From Staphylothermus marinus F1 (GTDB lineage Archaea > Thermoproteota > Thermoprotei_A > Sulfolobales > Desulfurococcaceae), in contig NC_009033.1 in NCBI RefSeq assembly GCF_000015945.1, forward strand, positions 1,538,486-1,570,485: a stretch of 32,000 nucleotides of DNA, read 5' to 3'. Position 1 is the stretch's first letter. Every line of letters begins with the position of its first letter. The notes beneath the pieces were generated by a model that worked only from the letters and a program-made list of their open reading frames with translations, did not search any database and was not told the origin of the DNA. Made by a program: the position numbers and the translations under genes. Of the stretch, positions 1-9,804 are shown in pieces.

Positions 1-253
1 GCCAGAGAACTAGTTTGTGAATACATAAACAGGCGATACGAGAAAATAAATAGAAAAGGATTAACCAACATGTTTACATACATATTAAATTCTTGTAAGT
101 AATTGGTTGAGTGCAAGATATACAATTATTACTTATTTTATTAGTTATGAATGCAGTTTTGATAATTTATCATAAGTTTACTGTTTTAAAACTATATTAT
201 TTATTGATGCCATTATTTTATACTTGTCCGAAAAAGTTAACAGGTGCTTTCTC

Positions 254-1504
254 ATGAAAATGCTTCTGCTAGGTTTTGCGAGTAGGTTGCATGGTGAGCT
301 ATACTATAAGTCTATGTTTCAAGAAGTAACTGATATCTTATCTGTATTTAAAGATCTAGAAATACACAAAGATATAATTACTGAGCCAGTAACCATTGAT
401 GTTAACAACTATGAATTAATTATTGCTTATTTATTGACTGGTGGAACAAGCAAGCTTGCTTATAAGGTATTAATGAGCACAGATAGGAAACCTGTTCTTA
501 TAATTGCTCATAGTAAACATAATAGCTTAGCATCAGCTCTTTCATTAAGAACGAAACTATTAGATGCTGGTGTAAAGGTTAAGCTAATTTATTTCTTGGA
601 TAAAAATGATTTATTAATGAAGTTTACAAGGTTTTATAAGGGTGTTGTTGCTGGGTATAGTTTAAAATATTTGAGAATAATAGAGATCAACGATTATCCT
701 GAGACTAGTGATGAAGGAAAAAGATTCGCAGATAGATTCGGAGCAGAGATTATCCATGTAAACTACGATGAACTATGGAGGATAGCCGGAGAAGCTACAA
801 TTGACGATATAAGAGAATTAGAGAATCTCGTGCATCAATACATTGATCTCTCAGGCACTAATAAACAGTATCTAGACAAAGTTCTACGCATATATTATGC
901 TCTACGAAAGCTCTTATCAATACACGGAGCAAACGCTATTGTTATTGATTGTTTTCCCCTAGTTCTCAAATACAATATTACACCATGCTTAGCGGTTGCA
1001 ATGATGAATGCAGAGGGAATACCGACTGCTTGTGAAAATGACTATTATAGTCTGGTCTCACTATTTATAAGCTTGGCGTTAACTGGTTATCCTGGATGGA
1101 TATCTAATCCAAGCGGTATAACTAGTGATGGTTATTTAAGATTTGCTCATTGCACAATAGCACCGGTTCTAGGAAGAAATTGTTTCTTAACAACACATTT
1201 TGAAACAGGAAACCCATATGCTGTGGTGTGCAGGTTTAGAGCTGATAAAGTATTATTTATTAGGGTTGACAAGGGTTTCGATGGGTTAACAATTTATAGA
1301 GGCAAAGTAGTTCGTTCAGGACTATTAGAGCCAGGTTATTGTAGAACACAATTAATCATAGATACTGGAACATTGAAGCCCGAAGAATTCGTTGAGAAAG
1401 CAACAGGAAACCACCACGTGTTTATTCCTTGGAGTAAGAGATTAATTGAATCATTAAAACATATGGCTTGGTGGATGAATTGGAGAATAGAGATAAGAAA
1501 CTAG
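254..1504 (+). CDS. sugar isomerase of the L-fucose/L-arabinose isomerase-like family (tentative)
   Basis: Long ORF (track 224..1504, TTG start). The in-frame ATG at 254 lies 7 nt after AGGTG (242-246), so 254 is preferred. Product is from recalled family pattern only: GIPTACENDYYSL and RFAHCTIAP resemble the C-terminal catalytic region of FucI/AraA-type isomerases. Confidence 0.45.
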   Translation: MKMLLLGFASRLHGELYYKSMFQEVTDILSVFKDLEIHKDIITEPVTIDVNNYELIIAYLLTGGTSKLAYKVLMSTDRKPVLIIAHSKHNSLASALSLRTKLLDAGVKVKLIYFLDKNDLLMKFTRFYKGVVAGYSLKYLRIIEINDYPETSDEGKRFADRFGAEIIHVNYDELWRIAGEATIDDIRELENLVHQYIDLSGTNKQYLDKVLRIYYALRKLLSIHGANAIVIDCFPLVLKYNITPCLAVAMMNAEGIPTACENDYYSLVSLFISLALTGYPGWISNPSGITSDGYLRFAHCTIAPVLGRNCFLTTHFETGNPYAVVCRFRADKVLFIRVDKGFDGLTIYRGKVVRSGLLEPGYCRTQLIIDTGTLKPEEFVEKATGNHHVFIPWSKRLIESLKHMAWWMNWRIEIRN

Positions 1505-2499
1505 GAGAACTCGGAGAAGAAGGTGTTCTCGAGAAAATTATTTCTAAATACATACATAAACCCTTGCCTGGAGAATACTTAGATTATCCAGATGATGCAC
1601 GAGATATTCTCCCAATTTCTCCACGAATACTCGTGAATATTGATGGATACAGTATTTCCTCTATGAAGCTTCCATGGAGGACATGGTCTGATGTAGGATA
1701 CGTAGCTGTGGCGGGGGCTATAAGTGATCAAATAGCTAAGGGAGCTGTTCCCAGAGATATAATGGTTTCACTAGGTCTACCCCCCAGCATGGAGGCAAGC
1801 ATTGTTGAAGAAATATATAAGGGCATTGATGAAGCTTCAAGAGATTATAATTTAAGACTCCTCGGAGGAGACACTAATTCATCTAGTACACCATGGATTA
1901 GTGTTGCAGTAATAGGTTATACTACCGCTAAGAAACCGCCTAGTAGGAAAAACGCTAAGCCCGGAGACATAGTTGTTGTTACAAGTCTTTATGGCGCAAT
2001 GGGTTATGTAGCGATTAATGGGGTTGAGAATGCTATACATAAGGAATGGGTTGTAGAAGCAACAAAACGTCCAAGACCATTTCTTGAAACAGCAATTGTT
2101 ATAGCGAGTAATTATAGAGGAGTACATGCTTCAATAGATGTAAGCGATGGATTAGGTTATGCCTTAAAAGAGTTATCGAAGAGGTCAAATGTTCGGATTA
2201 TTCTGGAAGATAAACCCCTCTACTATAAGGAGTTGGAAGAAATATGTAATGGAAACACTCGTTGCTTATGGAAATATGTATTGAATGGCGGAGAAGAATA
2301 CGGCGTTATACTAACAATAGATCCCAGGCTTTCAGATATGATAATTGATTATATGAAGAAGTTTAGAATACCACATAAAATAATTGGAAGAGTAGAGCAG
2401 GGACATGGCTTAGTGTTCGAAAAAGAAGAGATCAGCATAGATGAAATAGTGAGATGGGACCATTTTAAAGGATGGGTACCAATATTCAGCAATAGTTAA
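1468..2499 (+). CDS. thiL: PurM-fold ATP-binding protein, thiamine-monophosphate kinase (ThiL)-like
   Basis: 343-aa ORF. Start is TTG 1468 or GTG 1471 and overlaps the upstream gene by 37 nt. The motif order DDARDI ... ISDQIAKGAVP ... LLGGDTN ... DVSDGL matches ThiL/AIR-synthase-related proteins. Confidence 0.55.
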   Translation: MVDELENRDKKLGELGEEGVLEKIISKYIHKPLPGEYLDYPDDARDILPISPRILVNIDGYSISSMKLPWRTWSDVGYVAVAGAISDQIAKGAVPRDIMVSLGLPPSMEASIVEEIYKGIDEASRDYNLRLLGGDTNSSSTPWISVAVIGYTTAKKPPSRKNAKPGDIVVVTSLYGAMGYVAINGVENAIHKEWVVEATKRPRPFLETAIVIASNYRGVHASIDVSDGLGYALKELSKRSNVRIILEDKPLYYKELEEICNGNTRCLWKYVLNGGEEYGVILTIDPRLSDMIIDYMKKFRIPHKIIGRVEQGHGLVFEKEEISIDEIVRWDHFKGWVPIFSNS

Positions 2500-2601
2500 T
2501 GATTAATATTTCAAACAATACACTAACACTTAGTAAAATATCTATAAACGATCATGAATAATAATGAATAGGATCGTTTAATTCCTAATAGAATTATAGA
2601 G

Positions 2602-3588
2602 GTGCTTGTTTATTTGAGCTATGTATGGATTATTCCATACAAGTTGGCTCAGGGTCCTTTACCTAGGATTAATGAATTGAAAAGTTTATCTGAAACATTT
2701 GATGTATTCATAGTACTTATTATGCCTCATGAAGTACCTGGCGGCATAGATTATTATTTATCAATGCTTAATAGTTATGGCATAGAATACATACATGTTC
2801 CAACCCCTGATTTTCACCCCTTACAATTATTGGAACTATATTATTTATCGAGGTATATTGAGGAGCAAATCAGTAATGGTAGAAAAGTTTTCGTTCACTG
2901 TATGGGTGGTGTTGGAAGGAGTGGTTTAGTAACAGCTTCGTATCTAGTGTATAAGGGATATGATCTATATAGTGCTATCAAGTATTTACGTGATAGAGTT
3001 CCTTATGCAATTGAGAATATTGGTCAGCTAAGAATGCTTGAAGACTATTATTTATTTATGAAAATAATTGATAAAGATCATTTTGGAAAAGTATTTGATC
3101 TATTTATGAAGCATAGCTCGAATACCATGTTTAAACATTCATCTAAAACTGCTCAACTGGTCATAGAGCTTGCTGACCTATTTGGTCTTAGAATTGATAA
3201 GTCAATGTATAAAACATTATTGTCATCAATCCTGCACTCAATACGAGATCTAAGAATAATTGAGAAGACACTAGAGAATACATGCACAGATATAGATTAC
3301 TGTAAGAAGCTAACTATTTCTATAATAAAAACTTTAAAGAATTGGACAATCCCCAGCAACCGGGAAGAACTATTAATACTTGTCTCCCATACACTGGATT
3401 ATACCCGTGATCAAAGAGTCGTATTTACTGATACAAATATACTTAGCAAAAAAGCTAGTATAACATTATATTGCGACTATGATTGTACAGTTATAATCAA
3501 TAAACTAGGAGATCTACTAAATAAGATAGAAGGAGTGATCGGGAAGAAAATAGAGATTTATCAACAATCATATATGGATTCAGTATAG
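2602..3588 (+). CDS. protein-tyrosine/dual-specificity phosphatase with a ~170-aa C-terminal extension of unknown function
   Basis: VFVHCMGGVGRSG is the C(X)5R(S/T) PTP P-loop. The first ~160 aa are collinear with small archaeal PTPs. GTG start at 2602. The C-terminal half (from about aa 160) has no motif I recognise with confidence. Confidence 0.65.
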   Translation: MLVYLSYVWIIPYKLAQGPLPRINELKSLSETFDVFIVLIMPHEVPGGIDYYLSMLNSYGIEYIHVPTPDFHPLQLLELYYLSRYIEEQISNGRKVFVHCMGGVGRSGLVTASYLVYKGYDLYSAIKYLRDRVPYAIENIGQLRMLEDYYLFMKIIDKDHFGKVFDLFMKHSSNTMFKHSSKTAQLVIELADLFGLRIDKSMYKTLLSSILHSIRDLRIIEKTLENTCTDIDYCKKLTISIIKTLKNWTIPSNREELLILVSHTLDYTRDQRVVFTDTNILSKKASITLYCDYDCTVIINKLGDLLNKIEGVIGKKIEIYQQSYMDSV

Positions 3589-3733
3589 AGAATGGTCCGT
3601 GCCCGCTTACTGGCTAGGATATATCATCGCTCCAAGCGGAGCTACTATCCCGGGTTCTTCTTCATCCCATTTATTCTTAATTATATAGAGCATAATATTA
3701 GTTTGCCGTTTTCCTTTTAATTATCGGTATCGA

Positions 3734-4432
3734 CTATGTTAAATACTTAATTATTTTCTTAAATGGGTATATGATCATATTGAACGTTATTCTGAAAACT
3801 TCTATAATAATACATATGATTGCCTTTACTAATCCTTTCTCAGACGCTATTCTCGCTATTTTTATCCATTCTATTTTCGCCATAACATATGTTAGATAAA
3901 GCGTTAACACTATGAGTATAGGTAATGTAATATATTCCGGATAATTTGTAGTTGCTCTTATAGCCCATTCAATGGATGAACCAAAGAATACAGCGAGTCC
4001 TGTAATAGTTATTTTTCCTGCTAGGAGAGCTATGAAGTATTTTTTCAAACTATACTTGGTTGCTCCTAGTGGAATATATATTATATCATCAGGTAGTGGT
4101 GATGCAGCAAAAATGAATACAGCTATAAAAGTTGATTTTCTAAATAATCTTGTGAATAATTCAAGATTTTCCTTCATATTCTCCGGTAATACATGTCTTA
4201 TTCCCCAACCAAAATAATAAACTACTACTTTACCTAAAGCAGCACCAAATCCTCCAGCAAATGTTATCATTGCATGTATGATTGGGTCGTGAACGGAGCC
4301 AGAATATAATACTATAAATACTAAGTATGGTATAGTAGAGTATGGAATAGCGTTTCCTATAAGAGATACAATAAATACTCCGAAAACTCCGTACTGGTAA
4401 ATAAGCCATGATAATCCCTGAGATATCGTCAA
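3734..4432 (-). CDS. DedA/VTT (SNARE-associated) family membrane protein (tentative)
   Basis: 232-aa polytopic hydrophobic ORF. The N-terminal YGVFGVFIVSLIGNAIPYSTIPYLVF resembles the DedA/VTT signature region. Confidence 0.45.
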   Translation of the reverse strand: MTISQGLSWLIYQYGVFGVFIVSLIGNAIPYSTIPYLVFIVLYSGSVHDPIIHAMITFAGGFGAALGKVVVYYFGWGIRHVLPENMKENLELFTRLFRKSTFIAVFIFAASPLPDDIIYIPLGATKYSLKKYFIALLAGKITITGLAVFFGSSIEWAIRATTNYPEYITLPILIVLTLYLTYVMAKIEWIKIARIASEKGLVKAIICIIIEVFRITFNMIIYPFKKIIKYLT

Positions 4433-4534
4433 ATATTACACCGTTTTCAACAGTTATTAACTATTGATAACTAGGTCATTATTTAATTTTTAATAGGGAA
4501 CATGAATTAAAATATATTGAGTGTTTACAAAATG

Positions 4535-4552
4535 TGTTAGGGATGCCTAACA
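4535..4552. promoter_or_regulatory. palindrome TGTTAGG-GATG-CCTAACA upstream of feoA (candidate operator)
   Basis: Perfect 7-bp arms with a 4-nt spacer, ending 22 nt before the feoA ATG, between AT-rich TATA-like stretches. Confidence 0.25.
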
Positions 4553-4573
4553 TCTATTATATGGGGATATAAT

Positions 4574-4804
4574 ATGATGCAAACAACATTAGACACATTG
4601 CCAAGTGGTGCAAAAGCGAGGATAATAGGATTCGCTCATGGAGGGGGCTGGCTATATAGATTGTACCAAATGGGTTTTACCCCCGGGGCAATCATAGAGG
4701 TTGTAGCTAATTATGGCAAAGGCCCCCTAATTGTCCGTATTATGGGGGCAGAGGTTGCTGTTGGGAGAGGAATTGCTAGGAGAATACTTGTCCAACCACT
4801 ATAA
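4574..4804 (+). CDS. feoA: FeoA-family small iron-transport protein
   Basis: 76-aa ORF 20 nt upstream of feoB. It has the SH3-like FeoA pattern (L..G....I......G......RL..MGF.PG..IEV). Confidence 0.75.
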   Translation: MMQTTLDTLPSGAKARIIGFAHGGGWLYRLYQMGFTPGAIIEVVANYGKGPLIVRIMGAEVAVGRGIARRILVQPL

Positions 4805-4824
4805 TTATCGGGGGTGATTTACTT

Positions 4825-6915
4825 TTGCCTAAAGAATACATAGAAGTAGGAGTTATAGGGCAACCAAATGTTGGTAAATCCACTTTATTCAATGTATTAA
4901 CTGGTAGAAAGGTTCATGTAGCTAATTGGCCTGGAGTCACTGTTGAGAAGCATGTGGGTGAACGTATTCATCGGGGTAGAAGAATAATTTTTGTTGATTT
5001 ACCTGGAATTTATGGTTTTTCAGCGACAACGATCGAGGAGAGAATTGCGAGAAAATATATTTTAACTCAACAACCAGATGTCCTACTAGTGCTTGTCGAT
5101 TCGTTGAATCCTGAGAGAACAATGTATTTAGCTATACAAGCATTAGAAATAACTCCCAGAGTCATACTTGTTTTCACTAAGGTAGATAGCGTCCATGCTC
5201 ATGGTATTCACATAAATTATCGGGCTTTATCAAATAAATTAGATGTTCCAGTGGTTCCAGTATCTTCCGCTACTGGAGTCGGAATAGTTGAGTTGCTCGA
5301 TACAATAATAGACGTGAAAGAGGAGCGTAAGGGTAGGAAGACTCCTCTTATAGTTGACTATAAAGAATTGAATCCATTTATTGATTCAATAGTGGATATA
5401 TTGAGGGAGAAGAACGGCAACATATTAGGTTTCCCAATTAGATGGGTTGCTGTTAGGCTGTTGGAAGGTGACGAAGAACTTGAACAAATTATTTGGCAGA
5501 AAATGGGGGAAGATGTACTAGAGAGAATACGTGCGATTAGAGATGAAGTTAAGAAAATATTTGGTAGAGAACCATCAGAGCTTTTGTCTATTAGAAGATT
5601 TGAATACATCAACGAAATATTGAAGGGGGTAGTTATTCGTATTAGTATTAGCTCTAGGAAAAGCAAAGTACTTTCATACTTTTATAAACCAATTATTGGC
5701 CCAACTCTCGGCTTAACCATACTATTTACTATTTTCATCTTAGCTTTCACGATCAATACCGGTTTTCCTCTGAACATTATATTGGATATCATGGGTTACC
5801 CCGATCTTGCATCAGCTGTTGAAGAGTATAGTATAGGAGGACTAATGGAGTCTGGCTTTGATTATCTAAGCAATATCCTATATAGTGTTATGGGAGATAA
5901 TATGTATTCACATCTCATAATAGATGGTATAATAGGTGGTGTTGGCTCAGTATTAATGTTTCTACCATTAATAATGGTTGTAGCCTTAATGCTTGCTATA
6001 CTAGAGGATTCAGGCTTGGCTCCTAGAATAGCTGTTAGCCTCCATGGAATGTTGACAAAAATAGGTGTATCGGGCCATGCTATCTTTCCCATGATGCTTG
6101 GTTTAGGCTGTAATGTACCAGCTATAATGGCGACAAGAGCTACTCCTAATATACGTGAAAGACTAAGATTAATTATGACTCTACCATTTATTCCATGTCA
6201 AGCTAGGTTAGTGGTTATGTTAGCTTTTGCATCAGCTTTGTCAGGTATAAAAGGTCTTCTACTAATAATATATGGGTATGTTGCGGCTTTCGCCACTTTT
6301 GCAATCACTAACAAGCTTCTCTACATATATGATAAGAAGAAGAATAAGATTATTGAACCAGAGATCCTCTTGGAGCTGCCACCGCTTCATAGACCAATAC
6401 CTAGAGTTATATGGTGGCATGTATGGGATGCGACAAGACATTTCCTAATAAAGGCGGGAACAATTATTTTCTTTCTAAGCATAATAATATGGTTCTCCGT
6501 AAGCTTCACATCCTCTCTAACCTATACAAGTGATCCCTCTATAAGCATAGCTTCAGATATAGCTAAAGTATTTGCACCACTATTATCACCAATAGGTTTA
6601 TCCGGAGATGCTGCTTGGATAATGGCGTTCGCGCTCATCATAGGATTTGTTGCGAAAGAAGCAGTAATAGGTACATTAACCATTATAACAGGAGCCTCCT
6701 CGGGTACTGCAGCCATTATACAGCTAGGCTTAAACGATGCACAAATAGCTGCTTTAACAGTTTTCACAATCCTATACGTACCTTGTCTAGCAACAATAGC
6801 TGTTATTCAGCTAGAATCTAGGAATTGGAAAATAACATTATCAACTATAGCATTAATGCTGTCTATAGCGTATATTGGAATGATAATAACATATCTTCTA
6901 GGATTCCTTATTTAG
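4825..6915 (+). CDS. feoB: ferrous iron transporter FeoB
   Basis: N-terminal G-domain with GQPNVGKSTLFNVLTG (G1) and DLPG (G3). It is followed by a long polytopic membrane domain typical of FeoB. 696 aa, TTG start. Confidence 0.9.
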   Translation: MPKEYIEVGVIGQPNVGKSTLFNVLTGRKVHVANWPGVTVEKHVGERIHRGRRIIFVDLPGIYGFSATTIEERIARKYILTQQPDVLLVLVDSLNPERTMYLAIQALEITPRVILVFTKVDSVHAHGIHINYRALSNKLDVPVVPVSSATGVGIVELLDTIIDVKEERKGRKTPLIVDYKELNPFIDSIVDILREKNGNILGFPIRWVAVRLLEGDEELEQIIWQKMGEDVLERIRAIRDEVKKIFGREPSELLSIRRFEYINEILKGVVIRISISSRKSKVLSYFYKPIIGPTLGLTILFTIFILAFTINTGFPLNIILDIMGYPDLASAVEEYSIGGLMESGFDYLSNILYSVMGDNMYSHLIIDGIIGGVGSVLMFLPLIMVVALMLAILEDSGLAPRIAVSLHGMLTKIGVSGHAIFPMMLGLGCNVPAIMATRATPNIRERLRLIMTLPFIPCQARLVVMLAFASALSGIKGLLLIIYGYVAAFATFAITNKLLYIYDKKKNKIIEPEILLELPPLHRPIPRVIWWHVWDATRHFLIKAGTIIFFLSIIIWFSVSFTSSLTYTSDPSISIASDIAKVFAPLLSPIGLSGDAAWIMAFALIIGFVAKEAVIGTLTIITGASSGTAAIIQLGLNDAQIAALTVFTILYVPCLATIAVIQLESRNWKITLSTIALMLSIAYIGMIITYLLGFLI

Positions 6916-7022
6916 ACAATACTTAAAACAATAAAATATCATTTTATCATAACAATCGATGTGAAAACAAAAATTCGATTAAACAATACTAAATATCTAT
7001 GAAGATACCTGGTGAAATAATA

Positions 7023-7649
7023 ATGAAGCATAAATCAATAATTATAATAACTATTATAGCAATTATCATAGCTTCTTTAATCAGTATACATATCTATAAT
7101 CAAACAATGAATCAAAGAGAAGGCTCAGAATCAACATATACAACCACTACAACAACTATTACACCTTTCAACCCATATACTGAGGAGGTTAAGGAAACAA
7201 TAGCTAATTCTACAAGGATAAGAATATTTAGTGGAAGCTTATATTTCGATAATTTATTCAAAAACCACTACTACGTATTCACAAGCCAAGGATTATCACT
7301 ATATACAGGAAAAAATTTCTATGGCATATTTAATGCTATGGAATATCCAGGCTATTATTTCAAAACAATAGATCTCAGCGAAAACGAGACAAACATAGTT
7401 CTTATAGTAAATATATCTTCAACCGGAGTATTAGACTACTCTTACAAAATAGTATTCGAAAATACAAAAACAGGTTCAAAGCTCAGCTGGCCATTAATGA
7501 GATCAACGAATACTACAATTATAAAAATGGATATCTCAACTATTGGGGGCCCTGGTAAGTATAGACTCTACCTGTATGGATGGATCTATACTGGATCAGA
7601 CATCGTCACTATTAACTGGCAGATCGACTATAGATTGCCTAAAAAATAA
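7023..7649 (+). CDS. hypothetical N-terminally anchored extracellular protein
   Basis: ORF track gives 6999..7649. ATG 7023 lies 7 nt after GGTGA (7011-7015) and begins MKHKSIIIITIIAIIIASLI (signal anchor), followed by a short Thr run. No family recognised. Confidence 0.5.
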   Translation: MKHKSIIIITIIAIIIASLISIHIYNQTMNQREGSESTYTTTTTTITPFNPYTEEVKETIANSTRIRIFSGSLYFDNLFKNHYYVFTSQGLSLYTGKNFYGIFNAMEYPGYYFKTIDLSENETNIVLIVNISSTGVLDYSYKIVFENTKTGSKLSWPLMRSTNTTIIKMDISTIGGPGKYRLYLYGWIYTGSDIVTINWQIDYRLPKK

Positions 7650-7780
7650 CCGTGAAAAAATTAAATAGTTATTTTAACATTTACCTTCAGTCTTTAGTTG
7701 AACCTGATAATATATTTTAAATATATGTTAAAACTAAATATTCTATTAAGATAATATTAGCATTAGTGAAGGTGTAGAAA

Positions 7781-9757
7781 TTGAGTGGTTCATCAACAAC
7801 GTATAGGGTATTGTTTATAGATGTAAATAATAGGAAATACTGGGTAGAAGAATATGGTCTCGAAGAGGTAATGGGGCCAATCGAGCTTGGGGTAAAGCTT
7901 CATCTTGAAAAATATAAGTCTTGGAAAAAACCCGTATACGATCCTGATAATGCTGTTGTAATAGGTGCAGGCATCTTTACCGGGACAAACCTTTATGGTG
8001 GACACAGGTTTGTAGCTGTATTCAAGAGTCCTCTTACAAGAGGATTACATGTTGCTGCGATGGGTGGTGCTGCTTATCAGTTTAACGTTAATGCTGATGC
8101 CATTGTTGTTGAGGGTAGATCAAATAAGCCCCTAATAATCAAAGTATATGATGAAGGAGATGGGGAAGTCAAAGTAGATTTTGATGAGATAGATGAGGAA
8201 GAACTAGAAAATGTTTGGAGAAACTATAAGGGAGAAAAAGGTGTATTTGCTCTTCAAGAATATCTAAGCGAGAAATATAAGAAATTCTATGAAGAATACA
8301 ATGGGAGATCAATACTTGTTGGACCAGCATCAAAATACACAAGCCTAGGAGCATTAGTGTCAATAACCCTTGTCAAAGGCAGGATCGATCGTGGAAGCGA
8401 AGAATACGCTGCACGCGGCGGTCCTGGAAGCGTTCTCTACAGAGCACATGGTGTAGCAGCCATAGTGTATGGTGGAAAATTCAATAGAAGAACTAAGAGA
8501 CCAAAAGATCTCTTGGATACACGTAAAATAAACGAGTTGTTCAGAGAAATAGCTGGAAAACCATATATAACAATGGTTATCGAAGCTGGAACAAAGTATA
8601 GATATAACCCAAAGCTCAACACTGGAGGTACACTTGGAGGAAACTATCCCAGCTTAAAAATATATACTCCAATGTTCAACTGGAACATGATCTATTTACC
8701 TCCTGATCTCAGAGAAAAACTACACGAACTAATAATGAAACACATATGGGAACCATTCAATAAGGAAGCCATAGAAACTAAGTCTTGGAAAACATGCGGA
8801 GAACCATGTCCTATTGCATGTAAAAAAGTTAGATTAGACAAGTATAAATCAGACTATGAACCCTACGAAGGATTCGGACCATTCATAGGAGTATTCGACA
8901 TACATGAGTCACAGAAAATAGTAGAATTAGTAGATGCGTATGGGTTTGACGCTATAGAGACAGGACAACTAGTTGGATTCATATATGATGCTTTAGAGAA
9001 GGGATTATTAACACCTGGAGAAGTAGGTTTATCGAGTAAACCCTACTTTAATCCATATGAGTTCAAACTTGAATATAGTAAGCATAATGCTGACCTAGCA
9101 ATTCAACTAATAGAGAACCTGGCATGGGGTAAGAACCCATTATTGAAACTAATCGGAGAGAAAGGATTAAGATCGGCTGCTAAAATATTGGATATACTAT
9201 ACGAGAACAGAGTAAATGAGAGAAAATGGAGATTCTCAGACCTATTAGTATATGCATCCTTCGGCGAAGAAGGACATATAACACCAAACTATTACTGGAC
9301 ACCTGGAATGGTAGCACCACTACCAGTTCTGGGAAGATACTGGACACTCTATAAGGGAGTATTCATAGATCCAGAACAATACGCTGAGAAAAGCTTTGAG
9401 AGAGCAGTAAAGGAAATGTGGAGCGATAATGGTGGGTTCTGCAGATTCCATCGTGGATGGGCTGAGAAAACACTTGACAAACTATATGAGAAATACTATG
9501 GAATAAAGGATCTCAATGAAAGATATAAGCAATTATACAAGAAAATAATGGAGTACCAAGACTTATCAGGAGCTAAACCAACATTCTGGGAATCCAAGAA
9601 AATAATAGACTACCTAGCCAATGCAGCTAAGGAATACGGCAACGATGAATGGAACGCTAAGTTCTCACTGAACAAAGAGGAAGCAGCTAGGGAATGGTGG
9701 GAGAAATTCTATGCTAAACTAAACGAGTTATTATCAAGTACGCCGGTGCAGAAGTAG
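7781..9757 (+). CDS. gor: tungstopterin aldehyde:ferredoxin oxidoreductase family enzyme, GAPOR-like
   Basis: 658-aa ORF with a TTG start 6 nt after GAAGGTG. It has the AOR-family N-terminal domain, AARGGPGSVL and the Cys cluster CGEPCPIAC. Size and N-terminal layout resemble glyceraldehyde-3-phosphate:ferredoxin oxidoreductase as I recall it. Subfamily assignment is tentative. Confidence 0.7.
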   Translation: MSGSSTTYRVLFIDVNNRKYWVEEYGLEEVMGPIELGVKLHLEKYKSWKKPVYDPDNAVVIGAGIFTGTNLYGGHRFVAVFKSPLTRGLHVAAMGGAAYQFNVNADAIVVEGRSNKPLIIKVYDEGDGEVKVDFDEIDEEELENVWRNYKGEKGVFALQEYLSEKYKKFYEEYNGRSILVGPASKYTSLGALVSITLVKGRIDRGSEEYAARGGPGSVLYRAHGVAAIVYGGKFNRRTKRPKDLLDTRKINELFREIAGKPYITMVIEAGTKYRYNPKLNTGGTLGGNYPSLKIYTPMFNWNMIYLPPDLREKLHELIMKHIWEPFNKEAIETKSWKTCGEPCPIACKKVRLDKYKSDYEPYEGFGPFIGVFDIHESQKIVELVDAYGFDAIETGQLVGFIYDALEKGLLTPGEVGLSSKPYFNPYEFKLEYSKHNADLAIQLIENLAWGKNPLLKLIGEKGLRSAAKILDILYENRVNERKWRFSDLLVYASFGEEGHITPNYYWTPGMVAPLPVLGRYWTLYKGVFIDPEQYAEKSFERAVKEMWSDNGGFCRFHRGWAEKTLDKLYEKYYGIKDLNERYKQLYKKIMEYQDLSGAKPTFWESKKIIDYLANAAKEYGNDEWNAKFSLNKEEAAREWWEKFYAKLNELLSSTPVQK

Positions 9758-9804
9758 AAAAATAAGTTATTATATTATTCTTTACTATATGGTGACAACT
9801 ATTA

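Noticed and set aside
1-102. Open frame running from the window edge to TAA at 100-102 (33 codons)
   Set aside because: It may be the 3' end of an upstream gene. It is too short and featureless to support a call.
3592-3720. Locally G+C-rich island (about 3596-3660) between convergent genes. It was examined as a tRNA, tRNA fragment, C/D-box sRNA or a 42-aa ORF (MVRARLLARIYHRSKRSYYPGFFF...)
   Set aside because: There is no cloverleaf, no GTTCRA T-loop and no C/D box pair at proper spacing. Only short hairpins are present (GCTCC-AAGC-GGAGC at 3629-3642, and CCGCTT/AAGCGG). The ORF uses CGN Arg codons that are atypical for this genome. I cannot support any call without RNA data.
7690-7712. AT palindrome ATATATTT-T-AAATATAT upstream of the GAPOR-like gene, considered as a glycolytic regulator site
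   Set aside because: It is pure A/T low-complexity sequence in a promoter region, indistinguishable from a TATA/BRE context, and does not resemble any regulator motif I know.
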